From Antedon mediterranea (taxonomy: Eukaryota > Animalia > Echinodermata), in the NCBI RefSeq assembly GCF_964355755.1, contig NC_092673.1, positions 23,495,648-23,559,647 of the forward strand: DNA of 64,000 bases. The letters are read 5' to 3'. Positions 22,648 to 35,478 of this stretch are shown here, one piece after another. A program made the position numbers and the translations under genes. How positions within the stretch are numbered: the first letter of the stretch is position 1; the number at the start of each line of letters is the position of its first letter. The notes beneath the pieces were generated by a model. The model worked only from the letters and a program-made list of their open reading frames with translations. It did not search any database and was not told where the DNA came from.

Positions 22648-25600
22648 GTCGCTCCTTTTAATTACTAATGACATTTGATTAAATTATTGATTTACTTAAT
22701 TTTGCTTGATTAGCACAATATTAACTTTTTCCTGAAATACACTGATGAAATTTCTCTGTTAAAACATAACTATGATGAAAGTGAATCTATAGCTTTTAAA
22801 ATGTATGAACATTTTATGTATCACTTTATAAAAACATTAATTAATTCATAATAATTCATACACACTGTTGAGTGACGCTTTTAGAAAAAGTTTAAATTTC
22901 CATTTAAATATGTAAATAATAAGCTTTCAATTTTTATGAACAGTCTTTAATAATATGTTTAAGTTAAGAACTATAATTCAGATTTTAAGTTCATATTAAA
23001 TATTTGTTCAGCAAATATCGATTGTAATACTGTTATTATCTTGAAACTTTTAAAAATAAATACCGCCCTCTCGAAATTTGATATTCTCCTACTCGTTAGA
23101 GGGCGATACCTATACATATAGAATCTGAATATTATGACGTTTACCATTTTTCTCCTCTACGGAACTCTAACTTACTTTAAATCTATCTCTGTAGAAAAAA
23201 AGGTGCCAAAGTTTAAAGGAGCTTTATTCCAAGTCATAGAACTGAACTTATTACGACCAAACGGTGGTATTCTTGATTCAGAAAATTATAAATGTAAGTC
23301 AAAATTGCCGACTTACTACTTATATAAAATTCTGTGATATTTTTCTACCGAATAAATTACTTCTTACAGACGAAAACTGAATCCGAAAAATACCATTTCG
23401 GGCGCGTAATTGTCAAAGACGCCCTCATTATTGTTATGAATTCTATTGATGGGTAGCATAAAAAAATGTTTGTAGACTGCCGAATATCATTTGCCCATCA
23501 TTTAACGAGTTATGTACCAACGATTATGTTTTATTAATATCATTTAGAAGTACGATATTTATTCTCGTTTTAAGTCATCAGCAAGGGTAACCTGAGTAAC
23601 TAGAAGCACAAACTTAAGTCGCCATTTCCAAATGGGAAATGTACCATGATTATCAGATTAATTGGGTCAAAAAGCATTAAACAATAACGGCCCCGTGAGA
23701 GTATAGGATTTATTTGGTTACAACCATTGAGCGATCCTATTGCGACTGTCAATGCGTTAATTGTTGTGCAGTATTATTTGATGTAAACGGAAGCTGTGCT
23801 GGAAATACAAACTCTAACGGAATTTGAATACATTGCTGTAATAACAAGTGTGTAATAACAGAAAAACAGAAGAATCGTTTGTTAATATGTTGTAGAACAT
23901 TAATCTAATTGGGCTGATTAATTCCGACAATCATAATTTTGTCATTCATTAAAAATAAATAAAGATAACATAACAATCTAAAACAAGTTTTAAAATTAAT
24001 ATTATCCTGATTTCTTATTTTTATACAGTGTAGGCCTAGTAACCGTGATGTTAGAAGATCACAACGAGTTAAAAAAGAAAAAAATCATAAAAAAAACCCA
24101 AATTTTCATGGAAACCTTTTTTTTCAAAACCTGGAACACATAGGCCTTAATACACCTAATCCAGACTACACATGTTTACATTCATATGCTAATTTACACA
24201 CATGGATGCCAAAGGAAGAGGAGGTCTCTCCACGGTGGTGGAGACGAGAGAAATTTCACTCTTCCCTGTGATAGTTAGTAACAACAGGATAAGATATTAA
24301 GGTAAGGTATATTGATTTTTTATATTATATTTACCTGTCGTCTGTGTTTGTAAATAGTAAATGAAACCATAGTGTTTTATGAGCTTTTAAAATGACCAGA
24401 AGTTCTAATATTGCGCCACCAATCACAGAAATGCATGTGACGTGCACAGTTAGGTGTAAGTTTTCTACCATAGTAGGCATATGAATTTCTAAATTATTCA
24501 TAAACACGCTTAGATGCCATGTTTTTTAACGTTGTAAAGTGATGAACGTAATTTTTGACATTGATTATGTCATCATTCCGGATGGTGACATAACAATAAT
24601 GTCGAAATATTTAAATCCTGGCGTTAGTTCCTAACATATTTTCACACGGCCGAGTTCAATGGATCTCCTCTTGCATTAGCTTCTCCGTGTATTTTCTCCT
24701 AACTTTCCATGTCACTTTGACGGGAAGAAGTTGGTTTCATTGTTATTATTTAAAAAAATTAAAAGCATTGTTTAAAACTATTCGGTTTATCTTATATTTA
24801 ATATTACAAAATGCTGTAGCAAGCCAAAATAATTGACAAAAATGAATGAACCATACTGAACAATTAGTTAGCAAAATGTGTGCTGTAAATAGATTTTGAA
24901 ATCTACTATAAACGTCAGCACAGAATTACGTAATTATTTTGGTAGGCCTATTTAAAGCTGCAACACTGCACCGGTAACTTTTAAAAGCCTTCTGCGTCGT
25001 TTAACGACATTTTAACATCATAACACTATTGACAAGCGGTATCCAAAAATATCAATTCATCCTACGATTTAAAAACATAACAACACATTAATCCCTTCAG
25101 AACTCATGGGTGTTAAACATCATTAGTATAACGCCTAGGACTGTGATACAGTAATTAGAAAATGCAAGGACACGTAAAAGAAACGGAATGAAATATGATT
25201 TCTTATGATGATAATGATGATGATGATGTAATAATAATAATTGCTTTGTTACACTATGTACATTAACAAAATATGTGGCATGTAGTATACATAACTTCAA
25301 GAACGTGATGTAGTGAGTTGAGTAAACAACACTGCTGCACAGGCGTAAGTTAGGCTAGACCCACGCCGTACGTGTGAACATTGCTAGGTATCATGAAATA
25401 AAAATTTCAGTAGTATCGTATGTGAGGTACTGTCAAAAATCCTAATCTCACCATTACACATTTGATAGTTTACTACTTTACAAATTAGCCATTGAATCAG
25501 AAACATGGACTGGTGCTAAAACCCATATCCGTGAGTTGGTGCGAGAGTCGGATTGTTTATGTTTTCGCGTATTAAACCACCAGGGAGATGTAAGCCTATA

Positions 25601-26443
25601 CAAGGCATATTACGTCTCAAACTAAGTCAAGTGTCCTATTGATCCATCCATTAATGTTTTGTATTTCTGTCGTTTATGTGGCTGTGGATGCTCAACTATC
25701 TATCCACGGTTAATAAAACCGTCACAAAATTGTATAATGATGAACGGTTTCTACGTAAAGAATTGTTGTACACAATATAGAACAGGTAATGCAGCACCGC
25801 GTTACATTAGTCTCATCGGCACAGTTTATTGCAGAGATGTAACCCATTCGCGTAAATCAAAATCCTGCTCAGAGTGGACGCGCACTCAGCGTGGGACAAT
25901 TTGTCGTGGAGAATTGATTTGATGGATTAAAATGACGGATACGTTGATGTCGTCATTCGCGTGCAAAACCAGTGTATTACTCACCTTCCAAAGCACTATT
26001 AACGACCTTTATTCTTATGTGCACGAAATACGTTTACATAGACTGGATGTATTTATAAAGTTCGAATTTTTAAAAGCTATTAACCCATATACATCTCTCT
26101 CTTACACAAACAAAACGAACCAGTACCTATAATGGGTTGCTGTCTTTGAGTTTACTATAATTCGCCCGGGAGATTCCATCATTATAATAATTGTAATTTT
26201 AGTTAATTGACACACATATATAAAGTATCTAAGTATTGATTTGAGTCTATGATGTAGGCCTTATTATGTATATACATACAATCATGTTGTAATTATTGAA
26301 AGAAAAAATTGTTTGCTAAGTTTCCGTTTCATATGCTATCCATTTCATGTTCAGGACATTCTTAAATACCGCCATCAATCTAAAGCAATGACGTAATAAT
26401 AAGTTGTAAAACAAACAATTTTAACATATAGAAAAAATATATA

Positions 26444-26492
26444 CAGTTGAAGCGGCCACCGGTAAAAGTGGCCGCTTACGGAGGTTCAACTG
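26444..26492. mobile_element. Tiny Tc1/mariner (pogo-like) MITE remnant
   Basis: TA-CAGTTGAA...TTCAACTG-TA with an inner AAGCGGCCAC/GTGGCCGCTT palindrome. Confidence 0.6.
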
Positions 26493-27676
26493 TACTAGGC
26501 AATGGTTAACCTCAATGATTACTTATCTATAATCATTACGGCATTATACCGTTAAGAGTTCCTGATTTTGATGAAAATGTGTATTGCCCTCTTTGTATAA
26601 GCAGTAGTTTCAGGGTTTCATTCACAGGATAAAGTCCTCTTAATAAATATATACCCTAAAAATGAGTTCAAATCCAACACTGGTCGCTTTGCGTGTCCCT
26701 TAGCCAAGACTCTTTGGATACCTGCATCGAAGGTGCATTATGAGAGTGTTGTATAATAATAATGTAATGCATTCGTGTTTGATCCAAAACTGACCGACCG
26801 GGGTAAAAATTGGCTTATAAAGGCAGCAGGAAGATGACGAATTATTATTAAATTTGGTGTTCTATTGTATTCTTAATAAGAAACACTTTAGAAACTATTA
26901 TACAACCTACAACAATGCTGAAATAATGTGTCAAGATACGGATACCACTATAGTGGGATAACGTCTCCTTGATGATACGCCTAAAGAGTTGTATTGTAGC
27001 CGCTAACAATGATGAAATAGTGACGATCTGTTAAACTATATAATCATATAATATGATAATGTTGACTGTCAATTAACCAGCCCTTAATTTAAGACTTCTT
27101 CATTTAGATTAAATTATTCGACCAACTATCCAAAGTGTGTCAATACACGACAATAAAATGCTTTGATAAAATCAATATAAATAATTAAGACAATCTGGAA
27201 TACGCCAACACTAACAACAATAAGAATACGTTATGTTGAACTTTAGAAACAGTTGTTTTACGATTATGATTGTTCTGTATTACCAATAATAATAATAATG
27301 ATAATTATACTATTATAGATTAAACTTAATTCCTGGAAACACCAATCTAGAAATAATGGTGCTTTATGCAACATCGCTAAACTTTGATGGTCAGTTGCTT
27401 TTCTGGTGTTAAGTTAATATTATATAACCTTGTTTAATGTGTTAGGTTGTTATAATTATTTATCCCACTTGTATAATTAATAGGCAGCTTTTAATTTGCG
27501 ATGACCTAGAACGTATGCAAATTATGCGTTACGTCACTGCTATATACAAATTCTCGTCCACCCCTGTATACAACCGATTTCAAAGTGTTATTTTCTCGAA
27601 ACGCGTTGTACATCCCGAAACGGTTCAAACGTGCATGTTGCGTGATAATATAATTCAATGTGGTCAATGAACAGAA

Positions 27677-28013
27677 TTTCTTCGTCTTTTTGTTCTATAT
27701 TTTTTCTTTTTTTTCCTTTTTTCTTCTTTTTTCTTTTTCTTCTTTTCTTTTTCTCTTTTTCTTCTAGTTCTTTTTTTCCTCTTTTTCTTTTTCTTTTTTT
27801 CTTCTATTTCTTTTTTTTCTTATTTTTTTCTTCTTTTTTTCTTCTATTTCTTTTTTCCTTCTATTTCTTTATCTTTTTTTCTTTTTCTTTCTTCTTTTTC
27901 TTTAATTTCTTCTTTTTCTTTTTTTCTTCTTTTTTTTCTTTTTTTTTTCTTCTTCTTTTATTTCTTTTTTTTAAATTCTTTTTCTGCTTCTTTTTTTTTC
28001 TTTTTTTTTCTTT
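27677..28013 (+). repeat. Polypyrimidine (T/C) low-complexity tract of about 335 bp
   Basis: Almost only T and C. Confidence 0.95.
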
Positions 28014-28157
28014 TGAGCATTTATTTACACAGCACATAGGCCAGCGACCCGAATTACATCACAAAAATTAGATGCAAAATGAATTATATCTTTTTTTAAA
28101 TGTACAAAAAAATAATCTAGACATATTTTCAATTAAAGTAATAATTTCTGGAAGCCA

Positions 28158-28370
28158 TTACAATAATGAACTTATATTACTTATAAAACGTAAGTAATAA
28201 CACTGACGTAACTCATTATAGAACGGACAAATTAACAGAATAGGAATACAATACGGGTATTGTATACACAATAATTCGCCACTGCTCGTCCGATGACAAA
28301 GACTTCCAGAACTGTCTATTTGGAAAGTCTTAATAAACTGTGTAGTTATAGCCATACCGTCTGGTTCAAC
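28158..28370 (-). mobile_element. LINE C-terminal zinc-knuckle remnant
   Basis: LCIQ...LLICPFYNELRQ resembles the HFLLxCPxYxxLR motif. Confidence 0.4.
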
Positions 28371-31300
28371 CCTTTAATAGTTTTATCTATTGATTATTTT
28401 GAAATACGTATGGCAAATTTTTGCAAACAAATATTTACATAAACAATAAACAAAACATAATAAAAATGATTTAGAATCTTTTATTAATTAAAAACAAATG
28501 CGTATCGTTTCTCAATTTAAAACTACTAATTTATATCCCCCATTTATTGTGGGTGTACGTTTATTGTGCGCCATTGATAAATAATAAAAATACAGCTGTC
28601 AATACGTGGAATAACGCAAACAAATTGTTATGTTACCACGCAACATTGCATAATAACGCAGCATTTTGCTATTTATCTTGAACAATGGCCAATTAATGCA
28701 ACGGTTAACTACCATAACGTCACTGTCTAGTAATCACAGCTGCAGGATGGCTATGACTTCGAATAAATGAAACTGGTACCAAAAATCCCAGACTGTTATG
28801 CCGATTTTATTGTATTTTGACCAAAGTAGAAACTGTCTCTGCCAATGCATAATATGGGCTGTCTCCCCATTTCGATGTCAGTAAGTCTATAATAGGGATT
28901 TCCCATAGGGGCGCCTTTCCATAATCCGAGCTTATTAAATCTGTCCAAAATGAGGGCTGTCTCTAGCTCTCTCTTCAGTGCATGTATGCATGTATTCTAA
29001 TATGGCGTGACATCCGTCCATCAGAAAATTGTACCACCGGACCCTACCGGGCACCATTGAGCCCTACCGTGCGATGATTGGTACGACCGAATATAAGGTC
29101 TTCAGTTAATATTCCATGATAGTGACTTTTCCGTTGAGGGCGCCGATGCTCATAATATGCATAATATGGCCTGTTAAAGCTGTCCAAAATAGGAGTTCTT
29201 CTTGTAAATGATTGTAACCAAATACATTAATGGATTAATTAATAATAAGAACTGTCTCTCTAGCTTTATATTGTCAAAATATGCGTTTAACAATATTATT
29301 TTTTCTTTAGTTTTAATTTTACACATAAAACTTCCGCTTTTTACGGTAAAATGCAAAACAATGTTATGAGCATTTTGAAATATTCAATTATTTGCGAAGA
29401 ATGATATTGCAGAATAAGTCGTTAAGTTCATTAGGTAGTCTATAAAGATCGTAAAAAGCTTTCATTAATGCATCACTTACTTATTTTGATCTGCGTTGGA
29501 TTACAATAGCAAATAAAATCATAGAGAATTAACTTTCATGTTTGGAGATAGCATCAATTGTTAATAATGTGTTTCTTATAATACGTTTTGGATTCGTTTC
29601 GCCGATTGATGCACTGAGAAAAGAAATTAGATTAGTTTCTGATGGAAGTAAGAAAACATTGGCAAACAAAAATTGATCAATTTAAAATTGGATTAGTTAC
29701 ATATTGATGAATGAAAAATGAGAACATGAGTTAAAAAATCGATTAATTGGGTGTAGAGTGTATTATAAGGCCCAAGGCTGCAATTAGCAATGTACGTTTA
29801 AGAAATTACATACAAAAACACACACCCACACGACGTTAGCATCATAATTATTCGAGGAAAAAAATAAAGGGAGTAGATATGGGTATTTTATTTTTTATTG
29901 TAATGATATATCAACATTGGCAACAGCATTGATAATAACCTGCTTGTTTTTCGTCAGCGTCAGAACAGTGGTTCAACATGATTTTTTGTAATAATGTTAT
30001 TAGATAGTTAGGTCCTGCGGCACCCTTTTTTTTAAAAGGGCCTATTTCACGATGCTCGTACTGCTCTACCGTTGACGAAACAAACATGGGGTTGTTATTA
30101 ATGTTGTTAGTAGGGTTTGAATTTCATAATAAACAATAACAATGTTTTGCCCGAAACTACACTTTAATCAACGAATTAGACCTATCTATTGTTTGATGAT
30201 TAATAATACAATTAGACCAGAGTGCAATAATTTACTCTGACTATAAAATAGCAACGATTTATGTTTTTAAAGAATTATAATGCAATTAATCTTTAAAATG
30301 ATACAAGAAATGTTCCTACTAATTTATATATATCCGTTCACGCGATCGTTTTGTAGGGTTTATAGCCATTGTTCTTGTTGATAAACAAATTACACCTGCC
30401 TTAGACAAGACAAGCCTTGTGTAAAACAATTAGCTTGAAAGGAAATGTAAAAATATTCATATTTAAAGGATGTGGCATTATATTCCCTTAAATACCTAAT
30501 GTTATGTCTTGTAAATGAGGATGCTCTGCGTGTACTCGCTACAATGAAAGATCCAGCTGATACTAGTAAAAACAGCTGTCCGAATCGGCCGTTAAACCCA
30601 CAGCGTATCCGATAATTATGACAATATTCGATCAGGTGTAATTCCGAGAGTCAGATTCAGCTAGAAATTTTATAGGTCCTCATGGACAATCATATAACTC
30701 TTTTCTCGCACAAATACAAATTAATATTAAATATAAATATAACAAAACGTGGTGAAATAATCTAAGTAATATTTTGTATTAGCCAAACGCAATGGGTTAA
30801 GAAATATACAAAAACTTGGCGGGGATTTTGTCATTTTAAATAGTTAAGAGAATTACAAATGACACGTTTATATTTCTTACTGTGATGATTTATTACTTCT
30901 AAGGGGTTTTAGAAATGTTACAATGTAACCAAAATGTTCACCGAAACAAGGCGTAGCTAGAAATAGCAGGCCTATCAGTTGTAGACCGGGTGGCCCCTTT
31001 GCATCGTGTATGCCTGGATTCCCTTCCGACAACGGATGATAAAGAATAGAGCTTTGCACCTGTGTGTAATACAGCAACGGTGTTTAAATATGGGTCATTT
31101 CAAATGCAAAGTGCAACATTCTACTGTAAGGCGCCAATATGAAGCTTGAGGTTGGTTATGAAATAATTGAAATGTACAGTTAGGCCTATTTATAACACTT
31201 CATTAGATTCGAACACCACGTATTTCCGATTATTGAACCGACTAGTTTCCTAGCCCCCTTGTCTACGCTGTGGGTTCAGGAATCGCTCGTTTCCGACGAT

Positions 31301-32244
31301 GCTTTATCGAAAATTGTGCTTTTATACTTTGATAATGTAGCCTACTCTATACTTTGATAATGTACTCAATATGTAATAAATATGGTAAAAATAAAAATGA
31401 CGGCGGTCCAAAAGTTTTTCAAGTGTGCGCCTGAGAATATCAGTTTAGTTCGTTTACATACTCTCATACCGGGTATAATAAGCTGTAAAATAGATTTTAC
31501 ATAATTGAATTGAATCTCCATTTCAGCGGAAACTTAAGCATGAAGTATGTGATTTTGTCCATGTTTGACCTTTAAAGTTATCCACGGACAGTAATGCGCA
31601 ATAATATGATAGATTTTGATGACAATCATTTCATTATTGAGTATTTATGGTCAACATTTTATGGCTTCAATTTACATTATTTATTAGCGTTATTAATGTC
31701 TGCGCATGCATTTAAAGGGCAAACATTTCTTTTATTGTATTTTCATTGTTTGACGTCGTTTGGTAGTGAATTCAAAATTTGGTTGATAAGCAACGCAATA
31801 CTGAAACCAGATCCCCGGGGGGTGGGGGTTTAGGTACATTAGTTATCACGTCTAGACACGATCATAAAACTTTCAACATTCTGTATTCTCTGTATATGGT
31901 CTCATATGATTAAAACTATTCAACGTACATTATTTGTGTAGGCCTATTTGTTCGCAAAGTCAACGGGTTTTAAACCGTAGCTTCGACCTAGTTATCAAGC
32001 TATTATTTAATTAATTGAATCCCTGGAAAATGTATTCGGTTCTTCTGGGAATCCGAATCATGTTGCCCTTGACTACATTGAAATAATGAAGAAAAAGCTT
32101 TCCATAAATTCCTTTTTTGCCGGTTCTCGGTACTGAGTACAGTACCACAGTCAAAGTATGTGTTTCATGTGATGCTGCCTGTATCATAGGCGACATAACC
32201 GAAGCCAATATAGAAGTAACCTTAATATGTTTGAAGAAACTTAA

Positions 32245-32395
32245 AGCTCTGTCTACACTATCAAACTTTATGTGACAAAAACAATGTGATGTGCCCATGG
32301 TGATGTCATGTCACTACCATGTAGGCATATCACCACCATATTTGGGCACATCACACTTTTTTTTTTCAAACTAGTTTGATAGTGTAGACAGAGCT
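32245..32395. mobile_element. PIF/Harbinger-type MITE, family A
   Basis: Perfect TIR AGCTCTGTCTACACTATCAAACT with a TAA target-site duplication. Confidence 0.9.
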
Positions 32396-32619
32396 TAACT
32401 CTTGTTCTCAGTAGAGTGTCAAAGCACTACGAGCAAAATATTTGACCAATCAAAAACGAATGGGATCTATTGTGTATACATTCTTGCGCTGCGTCATAGT
32501 GGGAAAAGTAACAGTTTTGATGATCCAGACATACTTCATTGTATAATTCATGTGGAAATACATTGAATTAATTTGAGGTGCGCGATTAGTCCAATTACTC
32601 GCGGTGACTGTGCGTCTAA

Positions 32620-32791
32620 AGCGTGGTTCCCACTAGCGACGCAACACAAGGACGTAACGCAACGCAAGTGAATTGACCAATTACAAGCGATGGCTTATTC
32701 GCTTGTGATTGCTAACTGTCTATAACTTCGCTTGTCATTGGATAAAACGCTTGCGTTGCGTTTACGTCCTTGCGTTACGTTCTAGTGGGAA
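32620..32791. mobile_element. Foldback MITE, Harbinger-like, right end truncated
   Basis: TTCCCACTAG...CTAGTGGGAA plus long inverted arms (caaggacgtaa/ttacgtccttg, acgcaacgcaag/cttgcgttgcgt); TAA on the left flank. Confidence 0.7.
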
Positions 32792-32838
32792 GCGTTGCGT
32801 CAGGAGTGAATCTTAACGCGTACAGGTAACCACGTGAT

Positions 32839-32869
<31 letters not shown>

Positions 32870-33019
32870 CTGTAAGATGAGGGCGTATCAATTTGATCTC
32901 TGTTGCGCGTGTGTACAACTGAGGACTAGTGTACAACTGAGGACTAGTGCTGTTCTGCCGTACCACGCCGAGAATGTTAAAGAGTCGCTATCCAATCGAG
33001 TTTGAACAATACCATGAAA

Positions 33020-33091
33020 GCCCCAGTGGTCTAATGGTTAGGGCAACTGCATATCAAGCAGACGGTCCGAGTTCGAGTCTCGGTTGGGGGG
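33020..33091 (+). tRNA. tRNA-like gene (ATC), array-2 variant with a G-G mismatch at the first acceptor pair
   Basis: Same cloverleaf, with GGGC in the D stem and an A-A mismatch at the top of the anticodon stem. Confidence 0.45.
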
Positions 33092-33383
33092 ACTTTTTCT
33101 CATTCTCACAGATTTTCTCATCTTTATCGTTTCAAATTAATTAATTAAATTTCAGTATATCACCGGGCGGTTTAGAATTAATGTTCTTTGCCTACTGTGT
33201 TTATATATGTAAAAGTATCTCTTCGGAGATCCCGCCTCGTGAATAAAAATACTGTAAGATGAGGGCGTATCAATTTGATCTCTGTTGCGCGTGTGTACAA
33301 CTGAGGACTAGTGCTGTTCCGCCGTACCACGCCGAGAATGTTAAAGAGTCGCTATCCAATCGAGTTTGAACAATACCATGAAA

Positions 33384-33455
33384 GCCCCAGTGGTCTAATG
33401 GTTAGGGCAACTGCATATCAAGCAGACGGTCCGAGTTCGAGTCTCGGTTGGGGCG
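33384..33455 (+). tRNA. tRNA-like gene (ATC), array-2 variant
   Basis: Cloverleaf with A/B boxes and a T5 terminator. Confidence 0.5.
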
Positions 33456-33747
33456 ACTTTTTCTCATTCTCACAGATTTTCTCATCTTTATCGTTTCAAA
33501 TTAATTAATTAAATTTCAGTATATCACCGGGCGGTTTAGAATTAATGTTCTTTGCCTACTGTGTTTATATATATAAAAGTATCTCTTCGGAGATCCCGCC
33601 TCGTGAATAAAAATACTGTAAGATGAGGGCGTATCAATTTGATCTCTGTTGCGCGTGTGTACAACTGAGGACTAGTGCTGTTCCGCCGTACCACGCCGAG
33701 AATGTTAAAGAGTCGCTATCCAATCGAGTTTGAACAATACCATGAAA

Positions 33748-33819
33748 GCCCCAGTGGTCTAATGGTTAGGGCAACTGCATATCAAGCAGACGGTCCGAGT
33801 TCGAGTCTCGGTTGGGGGG
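33748..33819 (+). tRNA. tRNA-like gene (ATC), array-2 variant with a G-G first-pair mismatch
   Basis: Same as the 33020 copy. Confidence 0.45.
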
Positions 33820-34111
33820 ACTTTTTCTCATTCTCACAGATTTTCTCATCTTTATCGTTTCAAATTAATTAATTAAATTTCAGTATATCACCGGGCGGTT
33901 TAGAATTAATGTTCTTTGCCAACTGTGTTTATATATATAAAAGTATCTCTTCGGAGATTCCGCCTCGTGAATAAAAATACTGTAAGATGAGGGCGTATCA
34001 ATTTGATCTCTGTTGCGCGTGTGTACAACTGAGGACTAGTGCTGTTCCGCCGTACCACGCCGAGAATGTTAAAGAGTCGCTATCCAATCGAGTTTGAACA
34101 ATACCATGAAA

Positions 34112-34183
34112 GCCCCAGTGGTCTAATGGTTAGGGCAACTGCATATCAAGCAGACGGTCCGAGTTCGAGTCTCGGTTGGGGCG
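34112..34183 (+). tRNA. tRNA-like gene (ATC), array-2 variant
   Basis: Same as the 33384 copy. Confidence 0.5.
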
Positions 34184-34475
34184 ACTTTTTCTCATTCTCA
34201 CAGATTTTCTCATCTTTATCGTTTCAAATTAATTAATTAAATTTCAGTATATCACCGGGCGGTTTAGAATTAATGTTCTTTGCCTACTGTGTTTATATAT
34301 ATAAAAGTATCTCTTCGGAGATCCCGCCTCGTGAATAAAAATACTGTAAGATGAGGGCGTATCAATTTGATCTCTGTTGCGCGTGTGTACAACTGAGGAC
34401 TAGTGCTGTTCCGCCGTACCACGCCGAGAATGTTAAAGAGTCGCTATCCAATCGAGTTTGAACAATACCATGAAA

Positions 34476-34547
34476 GCCCCAGTGGTCTAATGGTTAGGGC
34501 AACTGCATATCAAGCAGACGGTCCGAGTTCGAGTCTCGGTTGGGGCG
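34476..34547 (+). tRNA. tRNA-like gene (ATC), array-2 variant
   Basis: Same as the 33384 copy. Confidence 0.5.
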
Positions 34548-35150
34548 ACTTTTTCTCATTCTCACAGATTTTCTCATCTTTATCGTTTCAAATTAATTAA
34601 TTAAATTTCAGTATATCACCGGGCGGTTTAGAATTAATGTTCTTTGCCTAACGTGTTTATATATATATATAAGTACCTAGACCAAACCATGTTTGTGAAT
34701 GTCGAAAATGAATAGTATTGTTTTAAAAATTAAGTTTGATATTAACTGGGTTTCAATAAGAATCAATCATTTTCTGAATATAAATTAACTCATTCAGGTT
34801 GTTTTAATACTGAGTTTTAACGAGGAATGAGCTTGTGAAAACCCTTCAATAATGACGGATGCCCTGTCGTTAGTTGAAACTGGAATTGCACTCAATCATG
34901 TATAATTATGTTATTAACTTTTTGTGTGTGGTGATGAACCACCACATTTATTAATCTCGCACAATGCAATTTAATGTATTTAACATATTCAAAATAATTA
35001 CTATAATACTAATGTATCCCGGCCCCACATTATGTCATTGTAACCAGTTATCAGTTAACAGTTTGTTTCCATATTGAAGCAATTAAAGGTAAACTAGAAT
35101 TTAATTCGTCACTTTGACATTATATAAGATGGCAACATTATCTTTATGTT

Positions 35151-35478
35151 TTATCAAATGATGCCATTATGGCTATAAATGATAATATATGTAGGTATGT
35201 GCATGTTTATATAATACAATTTCACAATGTATTCAATTTCATTTTATAAATAACAATGTGGACATGGTATTTATATAGATATACCAAATCGTATACATTG
35301 TAAATATTATCATTATCAAATGATGCCATTATGGTTGTAAATGATAATAATGTTAAAATATGCATGTTTTATATAATACAATTCGAACAATTTCAAAATG
35401 TATTTAATTTCTTTTTTATAAATAACAAAGTGGACATAATGGTATTTATATAAATATGGCCTATACCAAATTGTAAAT
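35151..35478 (+). repeat. Diverged tandem duplication of about 162 bp
   Basis: ttatcaaatgatgccattatgg at 35151 and 35313. Confidence 0.8.

Larger units (their letters stand above)
32864..34658 (+). repeat. Tandem array (about 4.9 units) of the same 364-bp tRNA-like element, variant subfamily, inside (TA)n
   Basis: 364-bp period, near-identical units, (TA)n at 32839-32864 and 34659-34671. Confidence 0.97.

Noticed and set aside
24230-24310. Possible exon ending AAG|gtaagg
   Set aside because: No promoter, acceptor partner or coding signal to support it.
27658-28071. 137-aa Phe-rich ORF
   Set aside because: Translation of a T/C low-complexity tract.
28830-29270. Scattered short repeats (ctgtccaaaat, gcataatatgg, ctgtctct)
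   Set aside because: Probably a decayed transposon interior, but no termini could be defined.
11969-34600. Repeated 65-99 aa ORFs MLFRRTTPRMLKSRYP... (also 56232-56429)
   Set aside because: GTG-started frames running through the tRNA-like repeat; no protein motif or splice support.
32864-34658. Possible CRISPR array or 5S rDNA cluster
   Set aside because: Whole units are near-identical with no unique spacers, the context is eukaryotic, and no 5S sequence is recognisable.
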